NCBI GenBank assembly: GCA_000270325.1
Contig: BA000048.1
Coordinates: 1,413,481-1,477,480 of the forward strand
Source of the DNA: Candidatus Caldarchaeum subterraneum
GTDB lineage: Archaea; Thermoproteota; Nitrososphaeria_A; Caldarchaeales; Caldarchaeaceae
Length of the DNA: 64,000 bases
Direction: 5' to 3'
The notes under the pieces were generated by a model. That model worked only from the letters and a program-made list of their open reading frames with translations. It did no database searches and was not told the origin of the DNA. The position numbers and the translations under genes are program-made. Shown piece after piece: positions 18,816 through 26,906 of the stretch; within the stretch, counting starts at the first letter, position 1; the number at the start of each line of letters is the position of its first letter.

Positions 18816-19265
18816 TTAGACGCTTTCTTTTACGGCCGCGAGGGAAACACATGTAATCGTTTTCCCTACCCCCGGCATGTTTCTTATTTTGTCGACGACG
18901 AGGGAGCCGATGGACTGCATAGACTCTGACCTCACCTTCACTATGATGTCCCATTCCCCTGTGATGACGTGTGCCTCCACCACCTCCGGAAGTTTCGCGA
19001 TGTCCTCGGCCAGTTTTTTCTGCGAAGTTGTTCCCTGCTGGAAAGATACGAGGACGAAGGCTGTGGCTGGTTTGCCAAGCTTAGAATGGTCAAGCTGAAC
19101 CGTGAACTTCTTAATCACGCCCAACTGCTTCAGTCGCTTAATTCTTTCCTGAACGGTTGTGCGCGGCATCTTAACCTTAGCCGCTATGGCTGAAACCGTC
19201 TGTTCGGCGTCTTCTACAAGCTCTTCAAGTATTTTCAGGTCTTTGTCGTCGAGTTCGGTTGACAT
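18816..19265 (-). CDS. Lrp/AsnC family transcriptional regulator
   Basis: N-terminal HTH (LDDKDLKILEELVEDAEQTVSAIAAKVKMPRTTVQERIKRL) plus a RAM domain. Confidence 0.8.
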   Translation of the reverse strand: MSTELDDKDLKILEELVEDAEQTVSAIAAKVKMPRTTVQERIKRLKQLGVIKKFTVQLDHSKLGKPATAFVLVSFQQGTTSQKKLAEDIAKLPEVVEAHVITGEWDIIVKVRSESMQSIGSLVVDKIRNMPGVGKTITCVSLAAVKESV

Positions 19266-19370
19266 AATGACGGTTAATTATTGGGAAGGCTTTGTATTAT
19301 TTTTGCTGTTGTTCGCTGTTTGTCGAAGTCTTTGTCTGCAAAAGCCTTTTAATAGGGCTGGGAGAACCGA

Positions 19371-20423
19371 TTGAACATGCCGAAGATAAGGGATGCGGCT
19401 ATTCACGGTTATGGTTGCTATCTTCCAAGGTATAGATTATCTGGTGAGGAGATTGCAAGGGTATGGGGTAAATCCTCCGCCGAGCTGCCTGTTAAGGAGA
19501 AGGCTGTGGCGGGGCTGGATGAGGACACTATAACCATGGCCGCCGAGGCGGCGCGGATAGCCTTGGCTCGGGCCGGTGTGGAGCCCTCAAAGGTTCAGGC
19601 GGTTCACGTGGGAACAGAGTCCAAACCATACGCCGTCAAGCCTTCTGGAACTCTGGTCGCCGAAATCCTCGGAGTATCCCGCCATGTAACCACCGCCGAT
19701 TTCGAGTTCGCCTGCAAAGCGGGGACAGAGGCTATGCAGATGGTTACCGCTCTCGTCGAGACAGGGAGAATTGAGTTTGGGCTTGCCATAGGGGCGGATA
19801 CCGCGCAGGGGAGGCCGGGTGACGCCCTTGAATACACCGCTGCAAGCGGGGCCGCCGCCTACCTCATAGGACGCAACGGCTCAGACTGTATTGCGAAATT
19901 TGAATACTCGACATCATACGTGTCTGACACGCCCGACTTCTGGAGAAGAAGCTATGAACGGTATCCGATGCATGGGTCCCGCTTCACAGGCGAGCCAGCT
20001 TACTTCCACCACACATTGTCCGCCTTAAAGACCCTGCTAGAAGAAAACGGTTTCACCATCAACGACATAGACTATTTTGTTTTCCACCAGCCCAACGTAA
20101 AATTCCCCCTCGCGGTGTCAAAGATACTTTCCATACCTGTCGAGAAGGTGAAGCCTGGAATTGTTGCGGATGTGGTGGGTAACACTTACGCCGCGTGCTC
20201 GATGATTGGGCTTGCAAAGGTCTTAGACATAGCTAAGCCGGGCCAACGTATAGTGATGACGTCTTATGGCTCGGGAGCCGGGAGCGACTCATTTGTGTTA
20301 ACCGTGTGTGACGGGATTGAGGAGAAACGTGGCAGGGGCCCGACTTTTAGCCAACTTCTCAGCCGTAGAAAACCGATAGATTACTCGACCTATCTAAAGT
20401 TCAGGGAGAAGATAAGGGTGTAG
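19371..20423 (+). CDS. Hydroxymethylglutaryl-CoA synthase (archaeal)
   Basis: N-terminus IHGYGCYLPRYRLSGEEIA and thiolase-fold condensing enzyme. First gene of the HMGCS-thiolase-DUF35 triad. Confidence 0.9.
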   Translation: MNMPKIRDAAIHGYGCYLPRYRLSGEEIARVWGKSSAELPVKEKAVAGLDEDTITMAAEAARIALARAGVEPSKVQAVHVGTESKPYAVKPSGTLVAEILGVSRHVTTADFEFACKAGTEAMQMVTALVETGRIEFGLAIGADTAQGRPGDALEYTAASGAAAYLIGRNGSDCIAKFEYSTSYVSDTPDFWRRSYERYPMHGSRFTGEPAYFHHTLSALKTLLEENGFTINDIDYFVFHQPNVKFPLAVSKILSIPVEKVKPGIVADVVGNTYAACSMIGLAKVLDIAKPGQRIVMTSYGSGAGSDSFVLTVCDGIEEKRGRGPTFSQLLSRRKPIDYSTYLKFREKIRV

Positions 20424-20427
20424 CGGG

Positions 20428-21582
20428 TTGCGGGCTGTATTGGTCGGAGCGGGGTTGACGAAGGTGGAGGAGCACTGGGACAAAGGCTTGACAGAGCTTA
20501 TGGCGGAGGCTTCTCTTCAAGCACTCGATTCAGCGGGCGTCTCAACAGTTGACGCGGTATACGTCTCAAACGCGTTCGGACAAGTTTTGCAGGAGCAGTC
20601 AAACATAGGAGCATACCTCGCGGAGGAGCTTGGCATTAGGGGTGTCTCTGCTTCAAGGTTTGAGGCAGGTGGGGCCTCAGGCTTGGCCGCTGTGATAGCC
20701 GCTGTAGCGGCGGTTTCATCCGGTTTATACAAATCTGTTCTCGTTGTCGGCGGCGAGAAAATGTCTGAAGCAACGTCAGAGGATTTCGTGTCGCTGCTCA
20801 CGACTGAAGAGTCGGCCGAATCGGTTGCAGCCCTTGGAGTGACGCAATTGGCGGAGGCGGCTCTGCTCTACAAAGAATACTTGAAACGCAACCGCCTAGA
20901 GCATGAAGATGTTGCATATTTTTCCGTCCTTGGTCACGAGCATTCTCAAACCGCGCCGCATGCACAGTATCAGTTTAGAATCACCCTCGACAACGTAGTA
21001 AACTCGCCCGTCGTGGCTGACCCCATCAGACGACTCGAGACAACCGCTCCAGCAGATGGAGCAGCCGCTGTTTTAATTGCTTCCCGGGAAACGGCCCTAA
21101 AAACGGATGGTTACAGGGCCGTGGTTTCAGGAGTAGGCGCGGCCACCGACTATCTGTCGCCGTTTGACCGAGAGGACCCTCTGTGGCTCAGTAGCTTGTC
21201 GCTGGCTTCTCAGAGGGCTTTGGAACTGGCGGGGAGAAAGGTGTCCGAACTCGATTTTCTGGAGGTTCACGATAGCTATAGCCTGTTGGCGCCGCTTTCG
21301 CTTGAGGCTATTGGGGCGGCTGAGGCTGGTGAACCCTGTCATCTTGCCCGCAAAGGCTGGTGGACGTTGTCCGGAGAGATGCCAGTCAACACCTTCGGTG
21401 GTTTAAAGGGCCGCGGAAACCCAGTCGGGGCCTCTGGCCTCTACGCCTTGGTCGAAAGCTATCTTCAACTGACTGGTCGCGCTGGAAAAAATCAGGTCGA
21501 CGGTGCGAAGGTGGGGATGGTGTCCTCGATGGCTGGGCTGGGCTCGCTAGCGGCAGCCGTTGTCGTGGAGGCGTGGGTGTAG
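20428..21582 (+). CDS. Acetyl-CoA C-acetyltransferase (archaeal thiolase)
   Basis: 384 aa thiolase-like protein, 4 nt after HMGCS. Confidence 0.85.
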   Translation: MRAVLVGAGLTKVEEHWDKGLTELMAEASLQALDSAGVSTVDAVYVSNAFGQVLQEQSNIGAYLAEELGIRGVSASRFEAGGASGLAAVIAAVAAVSSGLYKSVLVVGGEKMSEATSEDFVSLLTTEESAESVAALGVTQLAEAALLYKEYLKRNRLEHEDVAYFSVLGHEHSQTAPHAQYQFRITLDNVVNSPVVADPIRRLETTAPADGAAAVLIASRETALKTDGYRAVVSGVGAATDYLSPFDREDPLWLSSLSLASQRALELAGRKVSELDFLEVHDSYSLLAPLSLEAIGAAEAGEPCHLARKGWWTLSGEMPVNTFGGLKGRGNPVGASGLYALVESYLQLTGRAGKNQVDGAKVGMVSSMAGLGSLAAAVVVEAWV

Positions 21583-21982
21583 TATGTCGACGAGACCATC
21601 CTCTTACTGGCGTCTCCGCCCATATCTCTACAGGCTTGAGGGAAACCGTTGCACACAGTGCGGCCACTTTAACCCGCTCGCGCGAAAGATATGTAGGAAA
21701 TGTGGCTCCCGCCGCCTCGAGCGAGACAGGCTCGCCGGCCGTGGTAAACTAAGGCATTTTACTGTTGTGTATCAGCCTCAGACAGGATTTGAGAAAACGG
21801 TTCCATATGTGGTCGCTTGGGTTGAGATGTCTGACGGAACCCAGATAATAGGCCAAGTTACAGACTGTGAGCCATCGGAACTTTCCGTAGGCATGGATGT
21901 CGAAACGGTTGTGAGAAAAATACGTGTAGATGGTGAGTCTAAGCTGATAGTTTACGGAGTAAAGTTTAGGCCAGTGCTTTAA
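21560..21982 (+). CDS. DUF35 OB-fold/zinc-ribbon scaffold protein of the thiolase/HMGCS complex
   Basis: CTQCGHF...CRKCGS zinc ribbon followed by an OB fold. Overlaps the thiolase 3' end. Confidence 0.8.
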   Translation: MSWRRGCSMSTRPSSYWRLRPYLYRLEGNRCTQCGHFNPLARKICRKCGSRRLERDRLAGRGKLRHFTVVYQPQTGFEKTVPYVVAWVEMSDGTQIIGQVTDCEPSELSVGMDVETVVRKIRVDGESKLIVYGVKFRPVL

Positions 21983-22773
21983 CGGTTGGCTAGGCTTTTC
22001 CAGAGAAGAATTACAGCATACTCCCTTGGTATCGATTCTTGCTGAGCTATTTTCTCAATCTCCGCCCTAGCCACGGCCTCGGCCCGCTGTCCATGTGAGA
22101 GAATGTATTTTTTCTTGATTTCTTCGAAGAGCTTGGCCGGCTCCTCTTTGTTGGTGGTTATGTCGGCTATGTTGCGTGGGAGGTCTGAAAGCTGTTTAAC
22201 CATTTCCTCCACCATCTTTAACCTGTTGCGGAGGCTTGCGAGCTTTTTCCGCAGCTCAGGTATCTTGGCCTCCAGCTCCTCTCTGATGCCCACACCTCTG
22301 CCAGAGTCCGAGTCCTTCTCCAGCTGCATCGTGTTGAGCTCTATGCTTGACCAGATAAGCTCCTCCTCGACCTGCGCAAACTCCGACCCTAAAGCCTCTT
22401 TCGCTGCCTTCAACCTCTCCAAGACCTCTCCGCTTTTCTCCAGCAACGCGTTCCTTTTTTCGGCAAGTCTGCTCAGGATATTTCTTACCAGCTGAGGCCT
22501 TAGTTCCTCCATCTTAATGCAGTAAAGCATGAAGTTACGGTCCAAACCGCGTAAACGTTCAATTTCCCGCATAAGTTCATCATACATCTTAAGAGCCTCG
22601 TCAAGCTCGTCGCCGACCGGCTGCTGCGTCACAGCCTCCTCGACAGGCTTCACACTCTCCTCTTTGACAGTTTGTTCCTCTTGTGGTGGTGTGGGAGGAA
22701 CAACCTCTACATCTGGAGATGTCTCAGGCTTCTGCGGCGACGGCTTGATACGGAGAACAATCTTCTTCGGCAA
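21979..22773 (-). CDS. Coiled-coil protein, hypothetical (downstream of and co-oriented with the JAMM gene)
   Basis: 264 aa with a Pro/Glu-rich N-terminus and long heptad-like segments. Confidence 0.4.
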   Translation of the reverse strand: MPKKIVLRIKPSPQKPETSPDVEVVPPTPPQEEQTVKEESVKPVEEAVTQQPVGDELDEALKMYDELMREIERLRGLDRNFMLYCIKMEELRPQLVRNILSRLAEKRNALLEKSGEVLERLKAAKEALGSEFAQVEEELIWSSIELNTMQLEKDSDSGRGVGIREELEAKIPELRKKLASLRNRLKMVEEMVKQLSDLPRNIADITTNKEEPAKLFEEIKKKYILSHGQRAEAVARAEIEKIAQQESIPREYAVILLWKSLANR

Positions 22774-22804
22774 CCTTCAGCGACCCCGTTCCAGCTGCCT
22801 CCAA

Positions 22805-23413
22805 TTATGCTCCGAATAGCTTTTTAGCTTTTCCCAGCAGACTCTCCTGCTCTTCTGACAAAGGCTTGTCCCTCGTCTTACCAGAGGACTCGCCTAAGAT
22901 ATGCATAAAGTCAAAGGTGCTTAATGCGTGGAAAGTGCTTTCGAGAAGTTTCGCCCGATGCACTCCTATGCTCACGGGAAGGGAGACAACCCTCCCCTCT
23001 TTCGATATCTGGAAAACCTTGAACTTGAGAGAGGAGATTCTTCGTGTTTTGGCATAATCAACGGGGTCCACCACAAGGGCTACAGCCTTGCTGAACATTG
23101 CTTGGTATCGCTTCTGGGTGTCGATGTCCGTTGGCGAAAGAAAAACATCAAGCCCCGGATGCGAATGATACCATCCAACTATGTAGAGGTTTTTATCTGA
23201 TTTGGAGAGTTCTTCTGCAACCTTTGCCATAACCATCTCGTCAAGCTGCACGTAAGCAGGTGTACCGTACTGCTCACCCGTGACAGCATCCCATATCTCG
23301 AGAACCTTTCCTGCCGACTTGCCGACCAGCAAGCCCGCCACTTCACGCTGGAGGCTTGACGCAGCGTGTTTAACCACCTTCGCCAAGGCCAGCGGATAGA
23401 TTCTTACACGCAT
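22805..23413 (-). CDS. JAMM/MPN+ metalloprotease, Rpn11-like deubiquitinase
   Basis: Complete JAMM motif: upstream Glu (REVAGLLVG) and HSHPGLDVFLSPTD (HxHx7Sx2D). Confidence 0.85.
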   Translation of the reverse strand: MRVRIYPLALAKVVKHAASSLQREVAGLLVGKSAGKVLEIWDAVTGEQYGTPAYVQLDEMVMAKVAEELSKSDKNLYIVGWYHSHPGLDVFLSPTDIDTQKRYQAMFSKAVALVVDPVDYAKTRRISSLKFKVFQISKEGRVVSLPVSIGVHRAKLLESTFHALSTFDFMHILGESSGKTRDKPLSEEQESLLGKAKKLFGA

Positions 23414-23517
23414 TAGCAGACCATCGTCTAGGACGGTAATAAAAGTGACGCTCCGAGAAACGTTGTTGAATATTACCGAGGTATTTTGTTCACTGGCTCG
23501 AGGTTTGACTTCTGGTT

Positions 23518-23535
23518 AATCCTTATATATGCTGC
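23518..23535 (+). promoter_or_regulatory. TATA-like element (aatccttatatatgc) about 22 bp upstream of the Ub gene
   Basis: Sits in the 140-bp divergent intergenic region between the JAMM and Ub genes. It shares the ccttatat core with the arlB promoter element. Confidence 0.35.
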
Positions 23536-23553
23536 GGTTGTGAGGAGTCCAGA

Positions 23554-23817
23554 ATGAAGATTAAGATTGTTCCCGCTGTCGGAGGAGGTTCACCCTTGGA
23601 GCTCGAGGTTGCTCCAAACGCCACCGTCGGCGCAGTTCGGACGAAGGTTTGCGCTATGAAGAAACTGCCACCCGACACCACCCGCCTAACCTACAAGGGT
23701 AGAGCCCTCAAAGACACCGAAACTCTTGAGAGTCTCGGCGTGGCTGATGGAGACAAATTCGTACTCATCACGCGGACGGTGGGTGGATGTGGAGAGCCAA
23801 TACGTCGAGCTGCCTGA
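23554..23817 (+). CDS. Ubiquitin homolog (pro-form: beta-grasp ending in GlyGly plus a 9-aa C-terminal extension CGEPIRRAA)
   Basis: LPPDTTRLTYKGRALKDTETLESLGVADGDKFVLITRTVGG aligns with ubiquitin [41 protein letters not shown]. The N-terminal MKIKIV strand resembles MQIFVK. Confidence 0.85.
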   Translation: MKIKIVPAVGGGSPLELEVAPNATVGAVRTKVCAMKKLPPDTTRLTYKGRALKDTETLESLGVADGDKFVLITRTVGGCGEPIRRAA

Positions 23818-24295
23818 AAACGCGTGGTACAGGCGGCTGGCTCTCGAGTATGCTTTGATTCAGGAGAATGAACCCACCTTCACACCCGTCGAAAACGACC
23901 TAACTCATTACGAGGGAGTCATAGTCGGCTCAGGCGAATATGAGGGAGGCTTTTTCAGAGTAGAAATAATCATTCCACGGTCTTACCCATATTTCCCACC
24001 CGATGTTATTTGGCACACACGGATATGGCATCCAAACTTCTCTGACAGCGTCCCCGCAAGAGTCTGTGAATCAATTTTCAAAGACCACTGGTCACCCTCT
24101 CTCCGCATAGTGGCCGTAATCGAGTCTTTGAGAAACCTTTTGACAAACCCCAACCCCGAGGACCCGCTCAACCCCGTCGCAGCATTTGAGTACAAGAACA
24201 GGCCCGACCTCTTCTACAGCCGTGTTAGGCAGTTTGTCGAAACATATGCTACGCCTGAGCAGGCTTTCGGAAAGAAGCGTTGGAAGGGTTTGTAG
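23726..24295 (+). CDS. Ubiquitin-conjugating enzyme E2 (UBC fold). Start is uncertain: ATG 23726/23747 or GTG 23783/23789; it overlaps the Ub 3' end
   Basis: UBC hallmark HPN motif with the downstream catalytic Cys (RIWHPNFSDSVPARVCESIF). The N-terminal helix is RRLALEYALIQENEP. Confidence 0.8.
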   Translation: MRVSAWLMETNSYSSRGRWVDVESQYVELPENAWYRRLALEYALIQENEPTFTPVENDLTHYEGVIVGSGEYEGGFFRVEIIIPRSYPYFPPDVIWHTRIWHPNFSDSVPARVCESIFKDHWSPSLRIVAVIESLRNLLTNPNPEDPLNPVAAFEYKNRPDLFYSRVRQFVETYATPEQAFGKKRWKGL

Positions 24296-25479
24296 TGTTG
24301 GGTGAGGTTGACGCGCTGTCGAGGTACGATCGCCAGCTACGGCTCGAGGGATGGGACCAGAACAAGCTCCTGTCGGGTAGGGTGATTGTAGCAGGTGTGG
24401 GGGCGCTTGGATGCGAGGTTGCGAAAAACCTCGCTCTTATGGGAGTTGGCGAGCTCCTCCTCATAGACAACGACTATGTCGAGCTTTCCAACCTCAGCAG
24501 ACAGATGCTCTACACCGACCAAGACATAGGAAGACCAAAAGCCTCTACGGCTGAGAAAAAAATATCCTTGATGAATCCTCTCGTGAAGGCGAAAGGCCTG
24601 CACACAGATGTCCGAAAAATCCCCGAGGAAACCTTCGCCGAGGCCGATGTCATAGTCTCAGCCGTCGACAACTGGCCGACAAGAAGATGGATGAACTCGA
24701 TGGCGGTGCATGTCGGAACTCCGCTTGTCGACGTAGCCACCGACGGCTACTATGGAAATGTTCAAACAGTGATACCCGGTGTCACCAGCTGCCTGGAATG
24801 CCATGCAGAGGCCCTTATTCCCTCGGACATACAGGCCTCGGAATGCTCTCTACGCCGCCGCACCCCAAACGACCTCGTCAAAGACCTTAGTGAACGAGGC
24901 ATATCAATAAACTTGTCCGATGCCGAGACTCTCTTCCAACACAACATCAAAACAGTCTACGACATCAAGTTCGCGCCGCAGACAGTGTTGGATCAAATGG
25001 ATAAGTCACTCAGAGAACAAGTCATCCAGCTCCGTTCACTGCTTAACCCCAAGATGCCCGCTCTACAGAGCATATCAGCAACCGTCTCAGGCCTTGCCTC
25101 GTTCGAAGTAGTCCGTTTACTTCATAAAGGTTCTCTGGGCAGGTCGTTGAACGGTATGATGGTTTTCGACGGGCTGAGGGGGAGGCTTTCGCGTATAAAG
25201 CTGGAGAGAAACGTGAACTGCCACGTATGCGGCTACAGCGAGGACAAGCCTGTGCAGATAAATGTTGCGCCTAACGAAACTATCGCCGACCTAAGAGAGA
25301 GAATATCCAACCTTCTAATGTTTCCTGACACCCGTTTACAACACGGCGCAAAACTATTGGATGACACGGCTGATATTACATCGGCAGGCATATGTGATGG
25401 AGACATACTTTATATCCATTCAAGCAGGAGAGCAACACCGGTGGCTGTGAAGGTGAAGCTGATTGAGGCTGGTGATTAG
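24280..25479 (+). CDS. Ubiquitin-activating enzyme E1-like (ThiF/MoeB/UBA family) with C-terminal ubiquitin-fold domain. Likely start is the GTG at 24295 overlapping the E2 stop (taGTG)
   Basis: YDRQLRLEGWDQNKL plus the Rossmann motif VAGVGALGCEVAKNL. A Cys-containing crossover region (CLECH...C) and a beta-grasp-like C-terminus. Confidence 0.85.
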   Translation: MEGFVVLGEVDALSRYDRQLRLEGWDQNKLLSGRVIVAGVGALGCEVAKNLALMGVGELLLIDNDYVELSNLSRQMLYTDQDIGRPKASTAEKKISLMNPLVKAKGLHTDVRKIPEETFAEADVIVSAVDNWPTRRWMNSMAVHVGTPLVDVATDGYYGNVQTVIPGVTSCLECHAEALIPSDIQASECSLRRRTPNDLVKDLSERGISINLSDAETLFQHNIKTVYDIKFAPQTVLDQMDKSLREQVIQLRSLLNPKMPALQSISATVSGLASFEVVRLLHKGSLGRSLNGMMVFDGLRGRLSRIKLERNVNCHVCGYSEDKPVQINVAPNETIADLRERISNLLMFPDTRLQHGAKLLDDTADITSAGICDGDILYIHSSRRATPVAVKVKLIEAGD

Positions 25480-25690
25480 AGAGGTCAACGCAGGGTTTTG
25501 GAACCCCTTTGAGGAGCCGAAGCCAAGGCCGAAGCAAGAGAACTGTGTAATTTGTGGCCTGGAGATGGGGAATGAAAAAACATATTCATGTCCTCACTGT
25601 GGAGCAGTTGGTCACATGTCGTGTTTCGACGACTGGCTGGTGGTGAAGCAGACGTGCCCGCTTTGCCGCAGGCCGCTGGTAGAGATGTGA
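25463..25690 (+). CDS. Small RING-type zinc-finger protein (putative E3). Likely start is the GTG at 25472 overlapping the E1 stop
   Basis: CVICx10CPHCx4Hx2Cx10CPLC, a C4HC3 cross-brace spacing, in a protein of about 72 aa. Confidence 0.8.
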   Translation: MRLVIREVNAGFWNPFEEPKPRPKQENCVICGLEMGNEKTYSCPHCGAVGHMSCFDDWLVVKQTCPLCRRPLVEM

Positions 25691-25691
25691 G

Positions 25692-26003
25692 ATGAGCGGA
25701 GAAGAAAACGAGAAAGTAATCGAGCTGGACTATTTGGAGACGCCGAAAGGAGCAGTAGCAAGGTTCGAGGGTGTCCGGCAGCTGGCTGAGGTTCTTGCAG
25801 AGGTTATCGAGGAAATTGACAAGATGAAAGAGCGGCTGCAAACACTGTCCGAAAGCAGTCAGACTCCCGAGAACCTCGAGCGCAGGCTGAAATACATAGA
25901 GGACCAGCTGATTGTGCTTAGCGACGACGTGAGAGAGATATTAAACGCCCTCGGGGAGTTGTCTGCGACGGTTGCGCAGATAAAAAAGGCTTTGAAGCTA
26001 TGA
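25692..26003 (+). CDS. Small helical/coiled-coil protein, last gene of the Ub operon
   Basis: The ATG sits 1 nt after the RING gene stop (tgagATG). 103 aa, acidic and helical. Confidence 0.4.
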   Translation: MSGEENEKVIELDYLETPKGAVARFEGVRQLAEVLAEVIEEIDKMKERLQTLSESSQTPENLERRLKYIEDQLIVLSDDVREILNALGELSATVAQIKKALKL

Positions 26004-26906
26004 TGTCAGGAAGGCTCGTCTCATCTCTGTGATTAGCTCGTTAAGTTCGGTTCGACGTCTCTCCATCTCAGCTATCTCTCTGGCCAGCGTCTCCTTGTAG
26101 GCTTCCAGCTTCTTAACCTCCTCCCTCAACTTGTTGGAAGTCTCTATCAAAGTCTCCGCTTCTGCCTTGCTTTTCTCCAGAGCTGCTAGACGCTCCTCAA
26201 GCTCCCTCTCCCTGCGTATCATCCTCTCCATCCTTATCTCCCGCAGCTTAAACAGCTTATCCATCTCTCTTCCAAAGTTTTCAAGCTTTTTCTGAGCCTC
26301 CTCAAATGATGTGAGGTAGCGTTCCGACAGGATGTTTATCTCTGTCTCGAGCGCTTCTTTCTTGGTGATAAGCTGCTTCAGCGTCTCCTGCGCCTCCGCT
26401 ATCTGCTTCTCCTTTGACTCAAGCTCCTCACGCCACTTCAGAACCTCCTCGCGAAGCCTAGACAAGCTCTCCCTCTCCTGCATAAGCCTCTGAACTTCCT
26501 TAACCAGCTCAGCACGCTGGTTCGACAAAAGGTCAGCCGTCTCATGCAAGCTCTCACTAAGCGACTTGACCTCCTCCGTTAACCCCCTATACGAGTCCAG
26601 CGCCTGGTCCAGAAGATACGCCTTCTCGACAACAGACTGCAGGGATGACAGAGTTCTCTGAGGAGATGAAACCTGCTCAAGAACCTGGCGGACATCCTCC
26701 TTGAGCTTGGCCAAGGCTTCTTCGAGCAGGCTTATTCTTTCTTCAAGCTTTTCTATGACCTGTACCCTTATGGCCGCGACCTCTTTACGGAGGTCGGCTA
26801 TGCTGTCTGACTTTCTCGGCAGCAGACCCATGGCTGAATTTGGGGTCTGCATGATTATAAACCCTACTTGGTAGTGTAAGATAGAGAATGGCCAAGTATT
26901 GTTCAA
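25998..26906 (-). CDS. Long coiled-coil protein, hypothetical
   Basis: 302 aa, essentially all heptad-rich E/K/R/L sequence. Convergent with the Ub operon. Confidence 0.4.
   Translation of the reverse strand: MNNTWPFSILHYQVGFIIMQTPNSAMGLLPRKSDSIADLRKEVAAIRVQVIEKLEERISLLEEALAKLKEDVRQVLEQVSSPQRTLSSLQSVVEKAYLLDQALDSYRGLTEEVKSLSESLHETADLLSNQRAELVKEVQRLMQERESLSRLREEVLKWREELESKEKQIAEAQETLKQLITKKEALETEINILSERYLTSFEEAQKKLENFGREMDKLFKLREIRMERMIRRERELEERLAALEKSKAEAETLIETSNKLREEVKKLEAYKETLAREIAEMERRRTELNELITEMRRAFLTS

Noticed and set aside
20517-21752. Multiple overlapping ORFs inside the thiolase/DUF35 genes (20517..20801 -, 21164..21406 +, 21360..21752 +, 21386..21667 -)
   Set aside because: Shadow ORFs in high-GC coding sequence. 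Compositionally biased (R/P/S-rich). The thiolase and DUF35 frames are strongly supported.
23414-23553. Possible small RNA in the JAMM/Ub divergent intergenic region
   Set aside because: No C/D or H/ACA box arrangement and no stable terminal stem. Better explained as a bidirectional promoter region.
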